A stretch of 20,019 nucleotides of DNA from a virus, in the UHGV virus genome UHGV-1706396. One strand, given 5' to 3'. The notes beneath the pieces were generated by a model. The model worked only from the letters and a program-made list of their open reading frames with translations, did not search any database and was not told where the DNA came from. Position numbers and translations under genes: made by a program. Positions 15,052 to 20,019 of this stretch are shown here, one piece after another; the stretch's first letter is position 1; each line of letters begins with the position of its first letter.

Positions 15052-15573
15052 GTGGATAATATAAAGATAGAAATTTTCTCTGGAGAGAAAGATTATGATT
15101 TGAATGGTTTTGATTGCGGTGAAGAATCACTAAATGCCTTTTTAACCAACCACTTAAAAAGGCAGCATGAGGGAAAAATTCTTCGCGCTTATATGCTTTG
15201 CACTAAAGAAGACAGACCAAAAGTGTTAGGGTATTACACTTTGTCAGGCAGCTGCTTTGAAAAGGAGTCCTTACCTTCAAGAAGCCAGCAAAAGAAGGTA
15301 CCTTATCGGAATGTTCCAAGTGTTACTTTGGGCAGACTGGCTTTGGACAAATCTCTTCAAGGTCAAGGATTTGGCTCAATGCTTGTAACACACGCTATGC
15401 GTGTTGTGTATAATGCCTCTCTTGCTGTTGGTATTCATGGACTCTTCGTTGAGGCGTTGAATGATAAAGCTAAGGCGTTTTATAAAAGTCTGGGCTTTAT
15501 CCAGTTGATTGGAAACAACGAGCGATCTTTGTTCTATCCAACAAAATCTATCGAAAAATTGTTCGAAGAATAA
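15052..15573 (+). CDS. GNAT-family acetyltransferase toxin (TacT/AtaT-like)
   Basis: 173-aa ORF with GTG start 7 nt after the antitoxin stop; GNAT core VTLGRLALDKSLQGQGFGSMLV; closely resembles my recollection of E. coli AtaT (not verified). Confidence 0.8.
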   Translation: MDNIKIEIFSGEKDYDLNGFDCGEESLNAFLTNHLKRQHEGKILRAYMLCTKEDRPKVLGYYTLSGSCFEKESLPSRSQQKKVPYRNVPSVTLGRLALDKSLQGQGFGSMLVTHAMRVVYNASLAVGIHGLFVEALNDKAKAFYKSLGFIQLIGNNERSLFYPTKSIEKLFEE

Positions 15574-15604
15574 TGTACTCCCCTCAAATGAGGGGAACTT
15601 CGCA

Positions 15605-15820
15605 TCACCAACCGCAAACTCTCTCTCCCATCGTATTGTGAAAAAGGATTTGGCGTTCGGTTTCTTCGGTCATTACATCATTATTGCTGATATAGATAGG
15701 CTCAGCTCCATCGCAGAACAATACGCTGGCGGTTTGTGGTTTAATGACGCACCCACTTATCATACAACTCACGATGAACGGCAGAAGCATCTTTCTGACG
15801 TATTTTATTGCTCGTCTCAT
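15605..15820 (-). CDS. Putative o-spanin (Rz1-like outer-membrane lipoprotein), overlapping the i-spanin 3' end
   Basis: 71-aa ORF with basic n-region, hydrophobic core and lipobox ISGC; overlaps the i-spanin gene in another frame. Confidence 0.45.
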   Translation of the reverse strand: MRRAIKYVRKMLLPFIVSCMISGCVIKPQTASVLFCDGAEPIYISNNDVMTEETERQILFHNTMGERVCGW

Positions 15821-15992
15821 TCACCACTTCCACTGTGCTTTGAAGTCGTTTCCTGTCTTCCTGTTTTGCCTTCTCTTCTATTGCTCGTCGCGCCGCATTT
15901 CCGCCCATCGTGTAAGCGCCGACCAGAACGAAAAGAACGGCAGCCAGCGTAATCAAAGCAACTTTTAGCTTTGTCATCAGGCTGCCTAGCAT
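15741..15992 (-). CDS. Putative i-spanin (Rz-like)
   Basis: 83-aa ORF: N-terminal TM helix LKVALITLAAVLFVLVGAY then a charged periplasmic segment; directly downstream of the endolysin candidate. Confidence 0.5.
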   Translation of the reverse strand: MLGSLMTKLKVALITLAAVLFVLVGAYTMGGNAARRAIEEKAKQEDRKRLQSTVEVVNETSNKIRQKDASAVHRELYDKWVRH

Positions 15993-15993
15993 A

Positions 15994-16713
15994 TTAGACC
16001 ATCCCTTTCTGGTGTCGTCTTACCTGCGACCAGGCAATGAATCCGGCCACAACAATAGTGGCAATGCCGAAGATGATGCGTACTGTATCCCCGCTAGAGA
16101 TATGACCTTGTGCCTTATCCATAGCAGCGGAAACCTGCGGCATAACATCGGCCAGCTGCGCCAGACCAATACCTGCTGTAACAGTTGCGCCTGCAGTTTC
16201 TTTAGTTACAGGAACAGCCTTGACGGTTTTCACCGGCTTAACGACGCCAGCCCGACGCAGACCTTCCTCAATAACTTCTGCCGCATACCAGGTGTTCAGC
16301 GTTTTAAGCGGACCTCGGCCATTCTCGTGGCGAATGATTGCCTCAACCAAAGGTCGAAGGATGTCGTAATCATGCAGATCGATAAGCATGTCTGCGGTTA
16401 CACCAACGGCTTTAGACACCTCATTAATGTAGGCGTCAGTGTTGTTTTCATTCGGCGGTGCCCAACGTTCAATAACTTCACGAATGGTATCGATACTTGA
16501 GCCGTCTTTTGCGCGACGTTTGTCGTGGTAGGTAATTAGAGTCACCGCCAGCGCACGAATCCCCCAAACAGGGTCTTTAAACGTGCAAAAGCGCGGTTCG
16601 TCTGGATTCGCAACCAGACCTTGCCACGGTGATCCTTTATCAAGATTACCGGGGTTATTATTACGAATGCCTCTCGGAGTCTTCATCCTTGATCTCCTGT
16701 TATTGCAGTCCAT
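15994..16713 (-). CDS. Putative endolysin / cell-wall hydrolase with C-terminal hydrophobic segment
   Basis: 239-aa ORF between the holin-like and spanin genes; N-terminal GIRNNNPGNL motif; C-terminal hydrophobic stretch IIFGIATIVVAGFIAW. The enzymatic family was not identified. Confidence 0.45.
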   Translation of the reverse strand: MDCNNRRSRMKTPRGIRNNNPGNLDKGSPWQGLVANPDEPRFCTFKDPVWGIRALAVTLITYHDKRRAKDGSSIDTIREVIERWAPPNENNTDAYINEVSKAVGVTADMLIDLHDYDILRPLVEAIIRHENGRGPLKTLNTWYAAEVIEEGLRRAGVVKPVKTVKAVPVTKETAGATVTAGIGLAQLADVMPQVSAAMDKAQGHISSGDTVRIIFGIATIVVAGFIAWSQVRRHQKGMV

Positions 16714-17023
16714 TTTTTACGCCATACGCGGCTAACCCCAAAAGCAGTGCAGTAATAATGAACGACGTTATTTTAGAAACAATGCCGCCAAAGAACCCAC
16801 TGGAGATGGAATCTAACCGGTTAAGGAGTTTGTCCAGATTGGAGTGTTGAATACTATGTTGCGCCGGGGTCATATCACCAAAGTAGGTTTTCAGCTGATC
16901 ATTGACCTCCTGGCCAATTTCTTCACGTAGCTCTTTACCTAATTTGCCAACAACCTCCCGAGCAACGATCGCGGCAATACGCTCAACTTGCTCTGTTGTA
17001 ACGCCCGCCATCTCGTTCGACAT
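16700..17023 (-). CDS. Holin-like tail-anchored membrane protein
   Basis: Acidic soluble N-terminus and a single C-terminal TM (ITSFIITALLLGLAAYGV). Preferred start is the second ATG (17023) with a GGAGG RBS; the track start at 17035 lacks an RBS. Overlaps the endolysin start by 14 nt. Confidence 0.4.
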   Translation of the reverse strand: MSNEMAGVTTEQVERIAAIVAREVVGKLGKELREEIGQEVNDQLKTYFGDMTPAQHSIQHSNLDKLLNRLDSISSGFFGGIVSKITSFIITALLLGLAAYGVKNGLQ

Positions 17024-17104
17024 GTTTTCCTCCATGAAAAGTCAAATCGGGATGGCGGATTTATATCACATTTCACCCTTTTGTTGTAGGTGTGTACTTA
17101 CCTA

Positions 17105-17338
17105 TCATTCAGCATTGCAACGGACTGATGAGAAAGCACCTACTCCTACCCATCGCCAGTTATAGATGCTACCCGCTTTGTATAAGGTATAGTCGTTCAC
17201 TTTTTTAACAGCATATATGGGTATGACTGTCTCCTGTCCACCAATGATAGCCTCACCATAACATATAGGTGTCGGCAATTTCTGGCAGCCAGTAAGAGAG
17301 AGAACAACAGCTATTGTTAGAAATAATCTTTTCATCAT
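17105..17338 (-). CDS. Small lipoprotein, candidate superinfection-exclusion protein (Cor/Llp-like)
   Basis: 77-aa ORF; signal peptide MMKRLFLTIAVVLSLTGC with lipobox LTGC; sits between the tail-fibre genes and the lysis cassette, the typical Cor/Llp position. Confidence 0.55.
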   Translation of the reverse strand: MMKRLFLTIAVVLSLTGCQKLPTPICYGEAIIGGQETVIPIYAVKKVNDYTLYKAGSIYNWRWVGVGAFSSVRCNAE

Positions 17339-17345
17339 TTACTCA

Positions 17346-17954
17346 TCAGTTATACAGATTTCTATTTATTACCGGTACTCTGCCATTTACGCTAAAACTA
17401 TGGCCGCCATTAAGTTGGTTTACGAATATCGAGCTAACAGTATTTCCATATGCCGCATATCCATAAACCATTGTCATGGCTCCGCCCGGTACTGGAACAG
17501 CGAAAACATTCGCATATGTTGGGATTATCGCTGGTGGGTAATCAAAAACATGCCCTCCAGAGCTGTTCCACTCCGTATTATTAAGAAAGGTAAATGAAAG
17601 TGGGATATTTGCCGTATTATAGATTTCCTCCCCTTGTGCATTGAAAAAACTCATGCCCCAAGTTTCTTTTTTGGCTATACCTTTCGAAAATACGTATATC
17701 GTGGCACTAGAGTCGCTACCCTGACCTCCGAAACTGTAAATCACCTGGTTGTTACGCACTATTCTGTTGGCTATTAATGAAACAGCTTTCGAATAGGCGA
17801 CAAAAATCATCGGTGAACGATCTGGAGATATTTGGGTGTTAAACTCTGTCCCGCCGGACAAAGAAACAACCTGCTTTCTCTGAAAAACGATAGGAGACAA
17901 AGAAGGAGACATCCAGACCTTCCCGTCAGATCGATATATCTTGCTTCCGTACAT
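17346..17954 (-). CDS. Hypothetical tail-fibre-associated protein (202 aa)
   Basis: Gly/Ser-rich ORF coupled to the upstream 84-aa ORF (TAATG overlap), downstream of the tail fibre gene. Confidence 0.5.
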   Translation of the reverse strand: MYGSKIYRSDGKVWMSPSLSPIVFQRKQVVSLSGGTEFNTQISPDRSPMIFVAYSKAVSLIANRIVRNNQVIYSFGGQGSDSSATIYVFSKGIAKKETWGMSFFNAQGEEIYNTANIPLSFTFLNNTEWNSSGGHVFDYPPAIIPTYANVFAVPVPGGAMTMVYGYAAYGNTVSSIFVNQLNGGHSFSVNGRVPVINRNLYN

Positions 17955-18208
17955 TATTTTTGAAAAACCAATATGTTTAAATTGCCACTAGCTCCAGACC
18001 ATGAAATGGTATTTCCAGAAACCGTAAGACTTGTGTATTTCCCATTGGTTACGTCCATTATGTAATAGTCGATTCCCAATCCCGCCTCAACCTCATATGT
18101 TCTACTTCCAGAACCAGAGGGAGTAAAATAATCGAGGTAATAAACAGGGGCCAACGCATCGACCATCTCCTGTCTTGATGGCGACCAAACTTGTGCACCA
18201 TAGCTCAT
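17954..18208 (-). CDS. Hypothetical small protein (84 aa) downstream of the tail fibre
   Basis: ORF with AAGGA RBS 7 nt upstream of ATG. Confidence 0.5.
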   Translation of the reverse strand: MSYGAQVWSPSRQEMVDALAPVYYLDYFTPSGSGSRTYEVEAGLGIDYYIMDVTNGKYTSLTVSGNTISWSGASGNLNILVFQK

Positions 18209-18268
18209 AAATATATCCTTATACTTTTAAGCAGGGGCTGGTTTAGTTCCAGCCCCGATTGAAGTAGT

Positions 18269-20019
18269 TTATTCTTTAGGTGAATTTAACTTCGATTCAA
18301 GTTCCTCAACTCTTTTTGTCAGTTTCTGAATATGGTGAATAAGCGGGACAACCAGACGATCATACATGACACCTTCTGCGACCATCCCATTATCAGACGC
18401 TATACTTGGATCATCTTTGTCTGTAAGAGGACGCCAGTGAACATATTGCGGTGCTATTTCTCCGACTTCTTCTGCAATAAGGCCATAGTGCCCCCAATCT
18501 TTTCGGTCCGTTTCGCATGTAGATCGATACCATACGGGACGTAGTTTCAACACTTCGTCCGCGTACTTGTTCTCTAAAGACTCGATATCAGTTTTATATC
18601 TACGCGATGATGTCGAACGGAAAACCTTGTTATACCCAGCAATAGGGCTAACAAACATATTAGGGCTATCCGTAGTAGTCATGATGTCATAAATATACAA
18701 GTCGTAGCACGACACCATGTAAAACGCACCATCTAGATTCCCATTTTCCAACGCTCGTTTAGAAACATAATCGTTGAGTTTAGTATTTACTTCCCCAATG
18801 GTGTAAGCACCTAAATCCAGTGCGGTTAATGTAATATTCTTACTACCGTCAAACGCTACGCCGTTAATTGTACGTGCTGTTTGCAACTTGGTTGCTGTTG
18901 CAGCATTACCAGTAGTGTTCTGATTACCGGTCGTATTCACACCAGGTAAGTTAATATTGGCTGTACCGTTAAAACTAACACCACCGATAGTACGAGCCGT
19001 TTGTAACTTCGTGGCTGACGCCGCGTTTCCTGTTGTGTTCTGATTACCAGTCGTATTAACACCAGGCAAGTTAATATTCGCAGTACCATCAAAGCTCACA
19101 CCGCCGATAGTTCTTGCCGTCTGTAGTTTTGTAGCTGTAGCAGCATTACCCGTTGTGTTCTGATTACCGGTGGCATTGACACCTGGAATTGAGTCTTTGG
19201 ACGTATAAACTTGCGCCCACTCTGACCAACTAGCTGTATCAGTATCTCGTCGCGAACGTACATGTACAGGTGCATGAGCGCCACTTGTACCGCTCCAACC
19301 TATGAACAACTCGCCTTCACCAACGGCTGTTGCCCCCTTAAGATGAAGCACATTCCCGTAAGTCGAAGGATAGCCGTTGTTATATGCCTCGTACATCTGC
19401 AATCCAGTAGCAGCACCTTGCGTTGTGCCTGTGAGCGCAGTAACGCGTCCTCTGGACGTAATTGTTGGTATCGAAATATTCGCAGAGCCGTTAAACGACA
19501 CTCCGTTAATAGTTCTCGCAGTTTGCAACTTGGTCGCTGTAGCCGCGTTACCGGTAGTGTTCTGATTACCAGCAGCATTAACTCCAGGAAGATTAATGTT
19601 CGCAGTGCCATCGAAGCTAACACCACCGATGGTTCTTGCTGTCTGCAATTTAGTAGCTGTAGCAGCATTACCTGTGGTGCTTTGGTTGCCAGCTTTGTTA
19701 ACTCCGGGCAAGTCGATGTTGGCAGTTCCGTTAAATGAAACGCCACCAATCGTTCTTGCCGTTTGAAGTTTTGTAGCGGTTGCGGCATTACCAGTAGTGC
19801 TCTGATTGCCTGCCGTGTTTACACCAGGCAAATTTATGTTCGCAGATCCATCGAAGGCCACGCCACCGATAGTTCTTGCAGTCTGCAATTTCGTGGCGGT
19901 ACTCGCATTGCCATTCAATGAACCAGTTAATCCACCTGTAACTGACAACGGACCTGAAACCGTCCCTCCGGTTGTTGGCAGTGCTCCAATATCTGATGGT
20001 GTAGGTTTCTGATGTGAGC
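18269..20019 (-). CDS. Tail fibre protein, C-terminal part (gene continues beyond the right edge), with tandem fibre repeats and a C-terminal intramolecular chaperone-like domain
   Basis: The frame stays open from 19948 to the window end, so the track start (TTG) is an artefact. Repeats of ...GNQNTTGNAATATKLQTARTIGGVSFDGTANINLPGVN...; C-terminal ~130 aa (SRRYKTDIESLENKYADEVL...) resembles the autoproteolytic chaperone domain of phage tail fibres and endosialidases. Confidence 0.85.
   Translation of the reverse strand, partial: SHQKPTPSDIGALPTTGGTVSGPLSVTGGLTGSLNGNASTATKLQTARTIGGVAFDGSANINLPGVNTAGNQSTTGNAATATKLQTARTIGGVSFNGTANIDLPGVNKAGNQSTTGNAATATKLQTARTIGGVSFDGTANINLPGVNAAGNQNTTGNAATATKLQTARTINGVSFNGSANISIPTITSRGRVTALTGTTQGAATGLQMYEAYNNGYPSTYGNVLHLKGATAVGEGELFIGWSGTSGAHAPVHVRSRRDTDTASWSEWAQVYTSKDSIPGVNATGNQNTTGNAATATKLQTARTIGGVSFDGTANINLPGVNTTGNQNTTGNAASATKLQTARTIGGVSFNGTANINLPGVNTTGNQNTTGNAATATKLQTARTINGVAFDGSKNITLTALDLGAYTIGEVNTKLNDYVSKRALENGNLDGAFYMVSCYDLYIYDIMTTTDSPNMFVSPIAGYNKVFRSTSSRRYKTDIESLENKYADEVLKLRPVWYRSTCETDRKDWGHYGLIAEEVGEIAPQYVHWRPLTDKDDPSIASDNGMVAEGVMYDRLVVPLIHHIQKLTKRVEELESKLNSPKE
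18838..19213. repeat. Tandem ~96-bp coding repeats inside the tail fibre gene (second repeat block)
   Basis: Three to four imperfect in-frame 32-codon units encoding the TATKLQTARTI motif. Confidence 0.7.
19456..20019. repeat. Tandem ~96-bp coding repeats inside the tail fibre gene (first repeat block, runs to the window edge)
   Basis: At least five imperfect in-frame repeat units; the two blocks are separated by a non-repetitive domain. Confidence 0.7.

Noticed and set aside
19262-19788. ORFs 19262-19738 (plus) and 19300-19788 (minus) and other short ORFs nested in the tail fibre gene
   Set aside because: They are alternative-frame or antisense artefacts of the repeat-rich fibre gene.
18838-20019. 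CRISPR array or non-coding tandem repeat in the 96-bp repeat region
   Set aside because: The repeats are in-frame coding repeats of the tail fibre, imperfect and contiguous without unique spacers.

Overview
The window looks like a phage or phage-plasmid segment from an enterobacterial-type genome, with no obvious host housekeeping genes. Left to right: a truncated minus-strand gene; a divergent HTH regulator with a sigma70-like promoter and palindromic operator; a tyrosine integrase; a glutaredoxin-1-like gene; a very AT-rich plus-strand gene (about 30% GC by eye) with a HEPN-like Rx4H motif and its own terminator; a minus-strand cluster of four tRNAs (Ser-TGA, Thr-TGT, Tyr-GTA, Asn-GTT) flanked by two related long inverted repeats; an ORF-poor hairpin-rich stretch; then a minus-strand replication block (small membrane proteins, ATP-dependent DNA ligase, two unknowns, primase, DnaB-like helicase, unknown 249-aa protein); a lone plus-strand GIY-YIG nuclease-domain gene preceded by a 55-bp AT-rich palindrome; a type Ib-like partition pair (ParA Walker ATPase plus small ribbon-helix-helix protein); a DUF1778/GNAT toxin-antitoxin pair; a minus-strand lysis cassette (holin-like, endolysin candidate, overlapping i-/o-spanin); a small lipoprotein; two small tail-associated ORFs; and a repeat-rich tail fibre with a C-terminal chaperone-like domain that runs off the right edge. 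The partition and addiction modules together with the integrase, tRNAs and T7-like replication genes suggest a phage-plasmid lifestyle, possibly SSU5/pHCM2-like, but that is inference. The best candidate for an undescribed system is the AT-rich HEPN-like gene at 2545-3453; two families of short motifs recur in intergenic regions. All calls rest on reading the sequence and the ORF track; no database search was run.
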